From an uncultured Ignavibacteria bacterium (lineage in GTDB: Bacteria > Zixibacteria > MSB-5A5 > WJJR01): 64,000 nucleotides of DNA. Every line of letters starts with the position of its first letter. Positions within the stretch are counted from its first letter, which is position 1. The DNA is taken from contig CAYTTY010000014.1 in NCBI GenBank assembly GCA_964440935.1, forward strand, positions 12,311 to 76,310, given 5' to 3'. The position numbers and the translations under genes are program-made. This document shows positions 1 to 10,102 of this stretch, piece by piece. Under the pieces are notes generated by a model. That model did not search any database, was not told the origin of the DNA, and saw only the letters and a list, made by a program, of their open reading frames with translations.

Positions 1-788
1 TTGACAATATCAACTTCCGCATCGGCAAGGGCGCCGCACTGCAATCCGAGTTCCTGCTGGCACGACTGGAACAGCAGCGGTCGGAATTGGTGATGGAGCA
101 GGCGCGGCAAGATGTGTTGGGAGCGCGGGCCTTATTGGTTTCACTGTGGGAGCAACCGGCAGATGACACGCCGGTCACGGTGTCGGCAAAGGAGGAGCCG
201 GAGTTCGCTCGTCTGGTGGAGCGCCTCGCCGACGTTCACAACCCAATCGATTCGACGCGGGGCGTGATGCAGTTGCGTACGGAGTCGGCGCGCGTGCAGG
301 CCGAGCAATCGCTCGCCACCGTGCAGGCGCGCCCGTCGATCACGGTAAGCGGCGGAATCAAACGAGCGCAGGCGGCGAAGGCCAACTCATTTGTCCTCGG
401 TGTGGGTTTGCCGCTTCCGATCTTCCATCGCAATCAGGGAGAACGCCAAGGCCTGGCTGCGCAACAGCGGTCTCTGGACTTCGAGATGGCGCGTGCACGC
501 CAGGAGAGCGGTGCGGCCATCGCCAGCGGCACGATCACGTTGCGGCAACTGATACAACGGCACCATACGCTTGACTCGGCTTTGTTGCCCACCGCCGCCG
601 ACGCGTACGAGACGTTGCAATCGGCGTACGAAGCCGGCCGTGTCCCCTACACCCAATTGCTCGAAGCGGAACGTTCGCTCAACGAGCTTCGCTTTGAACA
701 CGCCGATCTGTTGCTGGATATCCATCGGCAGATCATTGCACTCGAACGCGTCACGGGAATCACACTGCGAGTCGATGAGGAGTTGTAA
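1..788 (+). CDS. Outer-membrane efflux factor (TolC/CzcC family), C-terminal part; the 5' end lies outside the window
   Basis: Frame 3 is open from base 3 (DNINFRIGKGAALQSEF...) to TAA at 786-788. The sequence is TolC-like and helical-repeat rich. CzcB/CzcA-type genes follow directly on the same strand. Confidence 0.7.
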   Translation, partial: DNINFRIGKGAALQSEFLLARLEQQRSELVMEQARQDVLGARALLVSLWEQPADDTPVTVSAKEEPEFARLVERLADVHNPIDSTRGVMQLRTESARVQAEQSLATVQARPSITVSGGIKRAQAAKANSFVLGVGLPLPIFHRNQGERQGLAAQQRSLDFEMARARQESGAAIASGTITLRQLIQRHHTLDSALLPTAADAYETLQSAYEAGRVPYTQLLEAERSLNELRFEHADLLLDIHRQIIALERVTGITLRVDEEL

Positions 789-792
789 CGAT

Positions 793-1782
793 ATGAGCAA
801 GCGATTATTGATGATCCCCATACTCACACTTGTGCTGTGCGTCTCGGTGTTGGTATTCGCACAGGACCCGCACGAGCATGATGGCGATCACGACCATGCG
901 TCGGAGAATCCTGCCGAGCACGCGGGTGAACCGGCGGGTGTCCACGACGAGCATGCCTCGGAGTTTGTGCAATTGTCGCCGGTGGATATGCAGGACTTTG
1001 GCGTGGTGATGGACACCGCCGGGCCCGGGGTTATCCGGAATGAAATCGTGGTGCCGGGTGAAGTGGCGGTCAATGGCGACCGCATCGCCCACATCGTGCC
1101 GCGCTTCATTGGCGTGGTGAAAGAGGTGCACAAGCGGATCGGCGATCGGGTCCACACCGGAGACGTTCTGGCGGTTGTCGAGAGTAACGAGGGATTGACC
1201 CCCTACAATGTGACCGCGCTGATGGACGGCACCGTGATTGACAAGAAGATCAATGTCGGCGAAGTCCATCAGGGAGATATTCCGGCCTACATCATCGCCG
1301 ATCTCGACACCGTGTGGATCAATCTCAGATTGTATCAGATGCATCTGGCCGACGTGTCCGTCGGGCAGGAGGCGGCGATTACGGCCGACCATGGTGTCGG
1401 GTACGAACACGGTACCGTTTCGTACGTGGCGCCGGTCGTGGACGAGCACACCCGCACGGCGACGGCCCGGGTGGTCCTCGCGAATCCATCGGGTCACTGG
1501 CGTCCCGGGCTGTTGGTGGAGGGACGCATCGCGACCGGAGCGTACGCGGCTGACGTCGTTGTGCCGAAAACGGCGATTTTCCATATGGAGGATTCCGAGG
1601 TGGTGTTTGTGTGGAGCCCGGAGGGATTCCACGCGCAGTCGGTCAAACTCGGCCGCAGCAATCACTCCAATGTTGAAATCATCAATGGACTCCAGCCGGG
1701 GCAAGTATACGCGGCCCGCGGCGGATTCACCATCAAGGCCGAAATGCAGAAGGGTTCATTCGGCAGCGGCCACGCGCACTAA
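793..1782 (+). CDS. czcB: RND efflux periplasmic adaptor (HlyD/CzcB family) with a His/Asp-rich N-terminal segment
   Basis: ATG at 793 starts a signal-like MSKRLLMIPILTLVLCVSVLVFA, followed by DPHEHDGDHDH...HDEH. The rest is a beta-barrel/lipoyl-type adaptor sequence. The gene sits between the OMF and the RND pump. Confidence 0.85.
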   Translation: MSKRLLMIPILTLVLCVSVLVFAQDPHEHDGDHDHASENPAEHAGEPAGVHDEHASEFVQLSPVDMQDFGVVMDTAGPGVIRNEIVVPGEVAVNGDRIAHIVPRFIGVVKEVHKRIGDRVHTGDVLAVVESNEGLTPYNVTALMDGTVIDKKINVGEVHQGDIPAYIIADLDTVWINLRLYQMHLADVSVGQEAAITADHGVGYEHGTVSYVAPVVDEHTRTATARVVLANPSGHWRPGLLVEGRIATGAYAADVVVPKTAIFHMEDSEVVFVWSPEGFHAQSVKLGRSNHSNVEIINGLQPGQVYAARGGFTIKAEMQKGSFGSGHAH

Positions 1783-1797
1783 TTGGGAGGTTGTTCT

Positions 1798-4700
1798 ATG
1801 TTTACCAAACTGACCGATTTTGCGCTCCGCAATCGGTTGCTGATATGCGTTCTCGGGGTTCTCGTTCTGGTGGGGGGATACTACAGCTACAACCGCCTGC
1901 CGATTGACGCGTTCCCCGATGTGTCACCGAATCTGGTGCAGGTGTTCACGGTGACCGAGGGATTGGCGCCCGAAGAAATCGAGAAATACGTGACCTATCC
2001 GGTCGAGACCGCGATGAACGGTTTACCGGGTGTCACCAATATCCGCTCGGTGTCGAACTTTGGACTGTCGGTCGTCAATATTTACTTCGAAGACGACATG
2101 GACATCTACTTCACCCGCCGGCTGGTGGGCGAACGACTTCAGGAAGCGCGAGAGCAAATACCGGAGGGATTCGGCGAGCCGGAGATGGGACCGATCTCGA
2201 CCGGCATGGGGCTGATCCTGTTCTACTACCTGGAAGACACCACCGGCACATACAGTCTCGAAGAGTTACGCAGTATCCAGGACTGGGTCGTAAAGTTCAA
2301 TCTGCAGACCGTTCCCGGGGTCACAGAGGTTCTCGGAATCGGCGGATACGAGAAACAGTTTCACGTCATTCTCCATCCGGAGCAGCTTCTGAAGTACGAT
2401 ATCTCACTTCAGGAGCTCACCGAGACGATCGTTGCCAACAATCTCAACGTGGGCGCGCAGTTTCTGGAGCGTAATGCGGAGGAGTTCATCGTCCGCTCGA
2501 TCGGTCTGGTCACCACGCTCGAGGACATCGAGAAGATCGTTGTCAAGACGGAGAAGGGGACACCGATCTTTCTCGGGCAGGTCGCGACGATCAAGATCGG
2601 CGGGGCGATCCGGCGCGGGTTGCAGACACGCAATGGCGTCGAGGAGGTCGTCTCCGGCCAGGTGGTGAAGCTGTACGGAACCAATTCGTCGACCGTGATC
2701 GGACGTGTCGAACAGAAACTGGCGGAGATCAACAAGATCCTTCCGGATGGCATCCGGATCGTTCCCTACTACGAACAGAAGAGCCTGGTGGAAGCAGCAG
2801 TGGCGACCGTGACGAATGCACTGCTGATGGGCATCTTCCTCGTTGCGCTGGTGCTCTTGTTGTTTATGGGCGGTATTCGTCCGAGTGTTGTAGTGGCAGT
2901 GGCCATTCCGTTTTCGGTCTTGTTTGCCGCTATACTCATGCGCCGCATCGATCTTTCGGCCAACCTGATGTCCCTGGGGGGGCTGGCCATCGCCATCGGA
3001 ATATTGGTAGATGGCACGATCGTCATTGTCGAGAACATCGAGCGCAAGCTGCGCGAGGCGGATCCAGCGGAAGCCAAACTCCATGTGATTGCGCGCGCTT
3101 GCGGGGACGTCGGGCGCCCGATCATCTTCGCGATTTCTATCATTATTGTCGTGTTCATCCCATTGTTCACGCTGCAGGGGGTTGAGGGGAAAACGTTTCG
3201 ACCGCTGGCCTACACCGTGGCCTTCGCAATGATCGGGTCGTTGCTGTTCGCCATTTTTCTGGCACCCGTGCTGTCGTCGCTGCTGATGCGGCGTTCACGC
3301 GGTGGCGCGACGGGGCGGGGCGCCGGGGAGCACGGTCTGCTCAAGTGGCTGTTGATCCCTTACCGTCCCGTGATCCGCTTCTTCGTTGCGCGCCGTTGGC
3401 TGGCGGTGCTGGTGGCCATCGTACTGCTGGCGGTCGGCGGAGCGATCTTTCCACTGCTGGGTTCTGAATTCACACCGGCGCTGCAGGAGGGAACGATTGT
3501 TCTACGGCTGACGATGGCGCCATCGATTGCACTGACCGAGTCGGCGCGGACGGCGCAGATTGTGGAGCGGCGATTGATGGCGATCGACGAGATCACCGGC
3601 GTGGTGACCCGGATTGGGCGCGGCGAGGTGGGGGCTCACACTGATCCGGTGAACAGCGCCGAGATGTACATCCAATTGGCCGACGAGGAGCAGTGGACAC
3701 ACGCCACATCGCAGGAGAACCTGCAGGTCTACATCCGCGAGGAGTTGGGCGAGATTCCGGGCGTGCAAATGAACTTCACACAGCCGATCGAGATGACGGT
3801 TGATGAACTGCTGGAAGGGATTAAGGCCGAGTTGGCGATCAAGCTGTTCGGTGACGATTTGGAGATTCTCAAACAGCGCGCCGACCGCATCGCCGAAGTG
3901 GTCGGAGGCGTCCGAGGCGCTGCCGACGTGCAGGTCGATCAGATTACCGGGACGCCCCAACTGCTGATCCGCGTGGACCGGGAGGCGATTGCGCGGTATG
4001 GCATCAACGTCGAGGATGTGCAGACCACCATTCGCGCCGCGGTGGGCGGCGCCACGGCCGGACAACTGTTCGAAGGAATCCGGCGCTACGACATTCTCGT
4101 GCGGTATCACGCCGAACATCGCAGTACTCCCGATCAGATCGGCGATATTCTGGTGAAGGCGCCGTCGGGTGCGTGGGTGCCCTTGAGCCAGTTGGTCGTG
4201 ATGCGGGAGATCATCGGGCCGCGTCAGATCACGCGTGAGAACAACCAGCGGTTCATCACGGTGCAGTGTAACGTGGTCGAACGCGATATCGGCTCCTTCG
4301 TTGAAGAGGCACAGGCCGCGATCGAGGAGCAGGTGGACCTGCCGCCGGGCTACCTCGTCACGTGGGGCGGGCAGTTCCGTCTCCAGCAGGAAGCGAACAA
4401 GCGCTTTGCCGTGGTCATTCCGGCGACGCTGCTGCTGGTGTTTTTGATGTTGTATTCCAGTTTCAACTCGCTGAAGAACTCTCTGTTGATTCTCCTCAAC
4501 ATTCCATTGGCATTGGTCGGCGGTGTCGTTGGGTTGTGGCTGACCGGCGAAAACCTATCGGTCCCGGCATCGGTGGGGTTCATTGCCCTGTTCGGCATTG
4601 CCTTGGAGAACGGCATGGTATTGGTGACGTACTTGAATCAGTTGGTGCGCGATGGACAGTCGTACGACGATGCCTCGGTCGCGGGTGCATCGTTGCGGTT

Positions 4701-4920
4701 GCGCGCGGTGCTGATGACGGCGATGACAACGGGTCTCGGTCTGACACCGCTGATCTTCTCAAGCGGCGTCGGCAGCGAAGTGCAGCGGCCGCTGGCGATT
4801 GTTGTGGTCGGTGGACTGATCACCTCGACCATTCTGACGCTGCTGGTGATTCCGTCGATCTACCGCTGGTTTGCCAAGTATCCGGAGGCCGTGGTGGTGC
4901 AGGAACAACGTAAGGAGTAG
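1798..4920 (+). CDS. czcA: Heavy-metal efflux RND transporter, CzcA/CusA family
   Basis: About 1040 aa with 12-TM RND architecture and typical CzcA N-terminus (RNRLLICVLGVLVLVGGYYSYNRLPIDAFPDVSPN). GGGAGG RBS at 1785-1790 precedes ATG 1798. Confidence 0.95.
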   Translation: MFTKLTDFALRNRLLICVLGVLVLVGGYYSYNRLPIDAFPDVSPNLVQVFTVTEGLAPEEIEKYVTYPVETAMNGLPGVTNIRSVSNFGLSVVNIYFEDDMDIYFTRRLVGERLQEAREQIPEGFGEPEMGPISTGMGLILFYYLEDTTGTYSLEELRSIQDWVVKFNLQTVPGVTEVLGIGGYEKQFHVILHPEQLLKYDISLQELTETIVANNLNVGAQFLERNAEEFIVRSIGLVTTLEDIEKIVVKTEKGTPIFLGQVATIKIGGAIRRGLQTRNGVEEVVSGQVVKLYGTNSSTVIGRVEQKLAEINKILPDGIRIVPYYEQKSLVEAAVATVTNALLMGIFLVALVLLLFMGGIRPSVVVAVAIPFSVLFAAILMRRIDLSANLMSLGGLAIAIGILVDGTIVIVENIERKLREADPAEAKLHVIARACGDVGRPIIFAISIIIVVFIPLFTLQGVEGKTFRPLAYTVAFAMIGSLLFAIFLAPVLSSLLMRRSRGGATGRGAGEHGLLKWLLIPYRPVIRFFVARRWLAVLVAIVLLAVGGAIFPLLGSEFTPALQEGTIVLRLTMAPSIALTESARTAQIVERRLMAIDEITGVVTRIGRGEVGAHTDPVNSAEMYIQLADEEQWTHATSQENLQVYIREELGEIPGVQMNFTQPIEMTVDELLEGIKAELAIKLFGDDLEILKQRADRIAEVVGGVRGAADVQVDQITGTPQLLIRVDREAIARYGINVEDVQTTIRAAVGGATAGQLFEGIRRYDILVRYHAEHRSTPDQIGDILVKAPSGAWVPLSQLVVMREIIGPRQITRENNQRFITVQCNVVERDIGSFVEEAQAAIEEQVDLPPGYLVTWGGQFRLQQEANKRFAVVIPATLLLVFLMLYSSFNSLKNSLLILLNIPLALVGGVVGLWLTGENLSVPASVGFIALFGIALENGMVLVTYLNQLVRDGQSYDDASVAGASLRLRAVLMTAMTTGLGLTPLIFSSGVGSEVQRPLAIVVVGGLITSTILTLLVIPSIYRWFAKYPEAVVVQEQRKE

Positions 4921-4924
4921 GCAC

Positions 4925-5266
4925 ATGAAAGCGATCGCTGCGTTCATCAAACCGCACAAACTGGGCGATGTCACGCTGGCGCTGCATGGACTGGACGGTT
5001 CGACCGGGATGACGGTCACCGACGTGCGCGGATTCGGCAGAACGCGCGCCCGGGGGTCCGAGGATATCATCACCGATGATGTCGCAGATTTTGTCCGTAA
5101 GACTCGAATCGACATTGTCTGCAGCGACCCGATGGTTGAGACTATTGTGGAGACGATTCAACGGCATGCGCATACCGGCGCGCACGGCGATGGCAAGATC
5201 TTTGTTTGGGACGTTGCACACGCAGTCCGCATTCGGACCAGTGAGACCGGCGACGACGCCATATAG
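4925..5266 (+). CDS. PII (GlnB/GlnK)-like signal protein with a divergent T-loop, embedded in the metal-efflux operon
   Basis: 113 aa, MKAIAAFIKPHKLGDV...GMTVTDVRGFGR...GDGKIFVWDV aligns along its whole length with GlnB. The T-loop reads GFGRTRARGSEDIITDDVADFVRK and lacks the canonical Tyr51 context. Confidence 0.8.
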   Translation: MKAIAAFIKPHKLGDVTLALHGLDGSTGMTVTDVRGFGRTRARGSEDIITDDVADFVRKTRIDIVCSDPMVETIVETIQRHAHTGAHGDGKIFVWDVAHAVRIRTSETGDDAI

Positions 5267-5298
5267 GAGATCGCGATGCCAGGCGCTCGCCAACCGGG

Positions 5299-6207
5299 GT
5301 GGAGACCGTGAGCAGTACGCATACACACGGTGACTCATCCCCGCGATGGGACAGGGCATTCGCCATTGGGATTGCTCTCAATGTAGCCTTTGTGGTCATT
5401 GAGGTGGTCTACGGACTGGCGGCGAACTCTTCGGCATTGCTGGCCGATGCCGGTCACAATGCCAGCGATGTTCTTAGTTTGGTGTTTGCGTGGGCGGCGA
5501 TCTGGGTTTCCACCAAAAAGCCGTCTGGCCGGTACACCTACGGGCTCCGTCGGACAACAATCCTGGCATCGATTCTCAACGGTCTGCTCATCCTGGTGGC
5601 GGTGGGATTCATCGTTTGGGACGCTGTGGAGAAGCTGTACCGTCCGGCGCCGGTCGCGGGAACGACCGTAATCTTTGTGGCGGCTGTCGGTGTGGTGGTC
5701 AATTCGATCACGGCGCTGATGTTCATGCGTGGGCAGAAACACGATCTCAACATCCAAGGGGCGTTTTTGCACATGGCAGCCGACGCCGCGGTCTCGCTTG
5801 GTGTCGTCGTCGCGGGTGTGATCATCTATTACGCGAATGCCCACTGGGTCGATCCGGTGGTCAGCTTTGTGATCGTCGTTGTGATTCTCTACGGCACATG
5901 GGGACTCCTGCGGGATTCGGTGGATTTGGCGCTGGATGCTGTTCCCAGGCAGGTTGATATCGACGATGTGCGACGGTATCTCGATAGCCATTCGGACATC
6001 GCCAGTTTCCATGACCTGCATATATGGGCCATGAGCACAACCGAGACAGCGCTCACGGTCCACGTGGTTCTCTCCACTGAGACACATGAGACCATCGTCT
6101 TTGCCATTCGGGATGAACTGCGCCGGCGTTTTGGGATCGGCCATACGACATTGCAGGTGGAGCGTCGGGAGGATTGCGAGAACCGCTGCGACGGGTGTGG
6201 TCCGTAG
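5299..6207 (+). CDS. czcD: Cation diffusion facilitator (CzcD/ZitB-type) metal transporter
   Basis: 302 aa with six TM segments. CDF signature region ...ANSSALLADAGHNASDVLS... and HMAADAAVSLGVV are present. The C-terminal cytoplasmic domain has a Cys/His tail. Confidence 0.9.
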   Translation: METVSSTHTHGDSSPRWDRAFAIGIALNVAFVVIEVVYGLAANSSALLADAGHNASDVLSLVFAWAAIWVSTKKPSGRYTYGLRRTTILASILNGLLILVAVGFIVWDAVEKLYRPAPVAGTTVIFVAAVGVVVNSITALMFMRGQKHDLNIQGAFLHMAADAAVSLGVVVAGVIIYYANAHWVDPVVSFVIVVVILYGTWGLLRDSVDLALDAVPRQVDIDDVRRYLDSHSDIASFHDLHIWAMSTTETALTVHVVLSTETHETIVFAIRDELRRRFGIGHTTLQVERREDCENRCDGCGP

Positions 6208-6250
6208 GGTGGCCGTCAGCGGACCAACGCTTGAGAGCAGGACGGGTTTG

Positions 6251-7105
6251 CTATTTCTCTGGCCGCGCGATAATGGTAAGTCCGGGGGACAGTTTGCGGC
6301 CCGTTAGAGTGCTGGCGAGAAGCGATACCTGGTAATACATTGCCGTTACCTTCGATGGGTGGTTCTTCCCTGGCTCGCGCAAATAGGTTTCTTCGATCGC
6401 AAATCCGGTGCGCTCCAACAAGCGGGTGATGCCGGCAAAACTGTAGTTGAATTTCGCGTCGCCGAAACGGTCGGCCGAAATGGACTGGCCGAGTAGCCGC
6501 ATGAGGTTGAAGGTCGGTGGGCGGTTGGTGACGCGCATGATCAGCCGGCCGCCGGGCGCGATGCGTTGCCGCATCTTTTCAAGCATCGGGGCCGGTTCTT
6601 GGATGTAGTAGAAACTGTCAATGGCCGAGACGATGTCGAACGTCTGGCCGGCCGGGATGTCGTCGATGCGCGTGTACGCAGGATAGCCGCGTTCGGCCAG
6701 GCGATTGCGCAAGCGGTCGACCAGTTCCACGACGGTCACAGCGGCGCCGCGTTTGGCAAACAGTTCCACGTAGTGCCCATACGCCGGGCCGATGTCGAGG
6801 ACTGTTGTCTGCTCCGGCGGTTTGCCCAGATGTGACAGGGCCAGATTGATCAGATGTTCGAAGAATCCGAGACGGGCGTGACGGAACTTCTCTTCCTGTT
6901 TCTCGGATGTATAGCTGGCCACGTTGAAATGCGTGCGTACGGTATCATCGGCGTAGTTGGCCAGGCGCATGTAGGTGCCGCAGGAGGTACATTTGACAAC
7001 GGTGTCGTGGACGTTGCCGTGCTCGACGTATAGAGGGATATCGGAGATGTGCTCAAGCGTGTGGCCTTGACAGGCCGCGCAGACGATGTCCGGAGTGACC
7101 GTCAT
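6251..7105 (-). CDS. Class I SAM-dependent methyltransferase with an N-terminal Cys4 zinc-ribbon
   Basis: CAACQGH...CTSCGT at the N-terminus, followed by the VLDIGPAYGHY motif I and a Methyltransf_11/23-like core. Confidence 0.75.
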   Translation of the reverse strand: MTVTPDIVCAACQGHTLEHISDIPLYVEHGNVHDTVVKCTSCGTYMRLANYADDTVRTHFNVASYTSEKQEEKFRHARLGFFEHLINLALSHLGKPPEQTTVLDIGPAYGHYVELFAKRGAAVTVVELVDRLRNRLAERGYPAYTRIDDIPAGQTFDIVSAIDSFYYIQEPAPMLEKMRQRIAPGGRLIMRVTNRPPTFNLMRLLGQSISADRFGDAKFNYSFAGITRLLERTGFAIEETYLREPGKNHPSKVTAMYYQVSLLASTLTGRKLSPGLTIIARPEK

Positions 7106-7113
7106 GTGGCTCT

Positions 7114-8454
7114 TTAGGTGGATGACGATTCGCTGCCGTTGGCCGTTGCGCCGACCGATTCGACGCGCCGTGCACGGAGCAGACGGGTCCGGCGTTTCTC
7201 TCGCGAGGCGACTTCGAGACGGATCCCATCGATGTCGACGTGATCACCCGGTTTTGGTAGACGATCGAGCACTGCGCCGACCAGCCCACCGATGGTATCA
7301 GCGCGATCGGTCGGAAGTTCGGCTTCAAATTGTTCGTTGAAGTCGACGACCGAGAAGCCGCCGACAACGAGGGCGGACCCATCGGGCATCAGCCGAAATC
7401 CTTCGGACTCCATGTCGTACTCGTCTTGAATTTCCCCAACGATTTCTTCGAGAATGTCTTCAAGCGTCAAGAGGCCGGCGGTGCCGCCGAATTCGTCGAG
7501 GACAATGGCGAGGTGCACATGCTCTGCCTGGAAACGGTTCAGCACCTGTGCGATCGGCATCGAATCGGGGACAAACATCGGCTGGCGAATGATATCGTGG
7601 AGAACCACCGGGGAGTTTTCCAACAGCAGATGAATGATATCTTTCGTGTAGAGAATTCCTCTGATTTGATCGATGGACTCTTCAAACACCGGGTAGCGCG
7701 AGTAGCCTTCCTGACGGATCAACTGCATGACCTTAGTAAAATTATCGGTGATGTCGATGGCGGCAATATCGGGGCGTGGCGTCATGACTTGACGGGCGAG
7801 CGTATCGGAGAAGTCGAGGGCCTGGTGAATCAGATCATGCTCGGTCGGATCAATCGACCCGTGCAGCCGTCCTTCGAGGACCAGGTGCCGGATCTCCTGA
7901 TCTGAGACCGACAGTTCGTCGTCACTGGTCTTTACACCGAGCAGCCGCGTGAGTCCGCGGGAAACCGTGGTCAACAAGATGACCAACGGGTGTCCGATCT
8001 TGGCGATGACATTGATCGGGCGGGCGACCGCGAGGGCGAAGCGGTCGGGACGCGCCAACGCGAAGTATTTCGGAACCAGTTCGCCGACGACCAACGATGC
8101 AAAAGCGATCGCGGCGACCACGATTGCGATGGCAATGCCTTGCGACCAATCCCGGATGCCCGGGATGGGGATCTCAGCAATAGTCGGTGCAAGGACGCGG
8201 ACGATGGTTGCACCGGAGACGACCGAGGCGAGCGTTCCCACCAGCGTGACGCCAACCTGGACGGTCGCCAGGAAGCGGTCAGGCGCGTCTTTGAGCTTTT
8301 TCAGGACTTGTCCTGCACGGCCCCGTTTGACGGCGAGTTCATTGACCCGGGTTCGCCGCACGGCGATCAGCGCCGCCTCGGCGCCGGCGAAGAAGCCATT
8401 GAGCAAAATGAGGGCGCCGATCAGGAGGATTTCAAAGATGATACTGGTCAGCAC
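7114..8454 (-). CDS. Hemolysin-family protein (CNNM/DUF21 membrane domain, CBS pair, CorC_HlyC domain)
   Basis: 446 aa. The N-terminal FFAGAEAALIAV DUF21 motif, tandem CBS region and C-terminal CorC/HlyC-like domain are all present. Confidence 0.9.
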   Translation of the reverse strand: MLTSIIFEILLIGALILLNGFFAGAEAALIAVRRTRVNELAVKRGRAGQVLKKLKDAPDRFLATVQVGVTLVGTLASVVSGATIVRVLAPTIAEIPIPGIRDWSQGIAIAIVVAAIAFASLVVGELVPKYFALARPDRFALAVARPINVIAKIGHPLVILLTTVSRGLTRLLGVKTSDDELSVSDQEIRHLVLEGRLHGSIDPTEHDLIHQALDFSDTLARQVMTPRPDIAAIDITDNFTKVMQLIRQEGYSRYPVFEESIDQIRGILYTKDIIHLLLENSPVVLHDIIRQPMFVPDSMPIAQVLNRFQAEHVHLAIVLDEFGGTAGLLTLEDILEEIVGEIQDEYDMESEGFRLMPDGSALVVGGFSVVDFNEQFEAELPTDRADTIGGLVGAVLDRLPKPGDHVDIDGIRLEVASREKRRTRLLRARRVESVGATANGSESSST

Positions 8455-8606
8455 GCCGGACCTCCGGCGTACATGTCACCACGGCGGCACATCTCACAAC
8501 GGGAGGCAGCCCAAATGTGTCGTAATCGACTAGATGGAGGTTCGTTATCGTCCACGAGTTCAATCATCCAAGCGTGCCCAAAACACCTTCGGCAGTATAC
8601 CACAAT

Positions 8607-9458
8607 TTAGCGAGAATAGGCGAGGTTCTCAAGGCGCGCGATACGTTCCTCGACCGGCGGGTGGGTGGCAAACAGCTTGGCAAACGACTGGCGTGTCAGC
8701 GGATTCATGATAAACATGTGGGCGGTGGCCCGGTTGGCATTCAGCGGCTGCCGCTGGACGCCATTGTGGAGCTTGCGCAGTGCACTGGCCAGAGAGAGCG
8801 GGTGCCCGCTGATTTTGGCGCCGGTGGCATCGGCGGCAAACTCACGAGCGCGGGAGATCGCCATCTGGATGAACATCGCGGCAATCGGGGCGACGATGGC
8901 CATGACGAGTAACCCGATGAGACTACCGCCGCCGTTGCGGTCGCGTCCGCCGTACCCGCCAAACATCGCACCCCAGTAGGCCATATTGGCCAGCATCGAG
9001 ATTGCACCGGCCACAGTGGCGGCGACCGACTGAATCAGAATATCCCGGTTTTTGACATGTGCCAGCTCATGCGCAATGACGCCATCAAGCTCATCCGAAG
9101 ACAGCAAGTCCAAAATCCCCTCCGTGAACGCCACGACGGCATTCTTGGGATTGCGGCCCGTGGCGAAGGCGTTGGGTGACGATGTTGGGATGATGTAGAC
9201 CCTCGGCATTGGCAAACCGGCCTGTTGCGCCTGGGTGCGGACCTGCCGCACCAGATTGGGCGCCTCCGCCTCGGTCACCTTCTTCGCCCGGTACATGCGG
9301 AGAACGACTTTGTCGGAGAACCAATAGGAAAATGCGTTCATGAGGATGGCAAATCCGAAAGCGATCACCATTCCCCGTTGGCCACCGATTATCTGACCGG
9401 CAAAGATGAACAGCACGGTCAGCATGGTCAGCAGCATCAGTGTCTTCAAGCGATTCAT
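8607..9458 (-). CDS. htpX: Zinc metalloprotease HtpX
   Basis: 283 aa with TM segments, the [10 protein letters not shown] zincin motif and a typical HtpX C-terminus ([11 protein letters not shown]). Confidence 0.95.
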   Translation of the reverse strand: MNRLKTLMLLTMLTVLFIFAGQIIGGQRGMVIAFGFAILMNAFSYWFSDKVVLRMYRAKKVTEAEAPNLVRQVRTQAQQAGLPMPRVYIIPTSSPNAFATGRNPKNAVVAFTEGILDLLSSDELDGVIAHELAHVKNRDILIQSVAATVAGAISMLANMAYWGAMFGGYGGRDRNGGGSLIGLLVMAIVAPIAAMFIQMAISRAREFAADATGAKISGHPLSLASALRKLHNGVQRQPLNANRATAHMFIMNPLTRQSFAKLFATHPPVEERIARLENLAYSR

Positions 9459-9724
9459 CGAGCCTTTCCTCCCGGACCCCGTGGTCCGACTGTAGTGCGG
9501 TGCGATTCAATATATCACCGTGCACCATCATCCGATCTGATTATACGCCGTTCGGGCTGCGGTGTTTTACGATCTGGGCCGGATGGGGTGCGATTTCACG
9601 TGTCCCTCAAAGAGTCTAGTTGATTGTTTGGCAGTGGTTTACCGGGCAGGGGGCGCTGGTCGCTGTGCCTGGCAGGGGCGCGGTGAGAAAGTCGAAAGGA
9701 TGTGCTCAATTGAGCTGAGCGACT

Positions 9725-9985
9725 AATGCGATTGTCAGAAGAACTGTCCGATTCCAGCGTGCCCGTCATGCGCCCGCGCGTGACGGCTATCTCCCGTACC
9801 GACAAGGCGTCACCCGAGGGCGGGTGACGCCACGTATGAAGGGACCGTCGCATGGCCGTCCCGCTTGCTGTGAGCATGGTCGAACGGGCCATGCTGCACG
9901 GGCACTTCGGCTTACTCAGTGTAAACGAGGCGCCCGTGCTCCATCGCCCGCTCAATCGGAGGACAATTCTGGCAATCGCTATAAC
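9725..9985. repeat. Family-A TIR element, copy A1 (about 260 bp)
   Basis: Left end is GCGATTGTCAGAAGAACTGTCCGA and right end is AATTCTGGCAATCGCTATA, which are inverted. The interior shares the hairpin GCATGGCCGTCCCGCTTGC.GTGAGCATGGTCGAACGGGCCATGC with copy A2, and the GTCACGCG/GTCACCCG hairpins with A8. Confidence 0.8.
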
Positions 9986-10102
9986 CAACAGATACCCATT
10001 CACGGATTCCCGCACTGACCGACATAAATAAAGAGCACCTATCCGAATCCTGAATCAGTCAGTCGGTGCGGTGCCCGTGGATCATTTGTCAGCGAGTCAC
10101 CA

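Noticed and set aside
9596-10015. ORFs 9596-10015(-) and 33103-33450(-) sharing the peptide MARSTMLTASGTAM
   Set aside because: The shared peptide is encoded by the conserved hairpin core of family-A repeats A1 and A2, and the similarity ends at the repeat borders. Other repeat-derived ORFs (FTLSEAEVNTP, MDSRFRGNDS, GVLNTPL-type) are rejected for the same reason.
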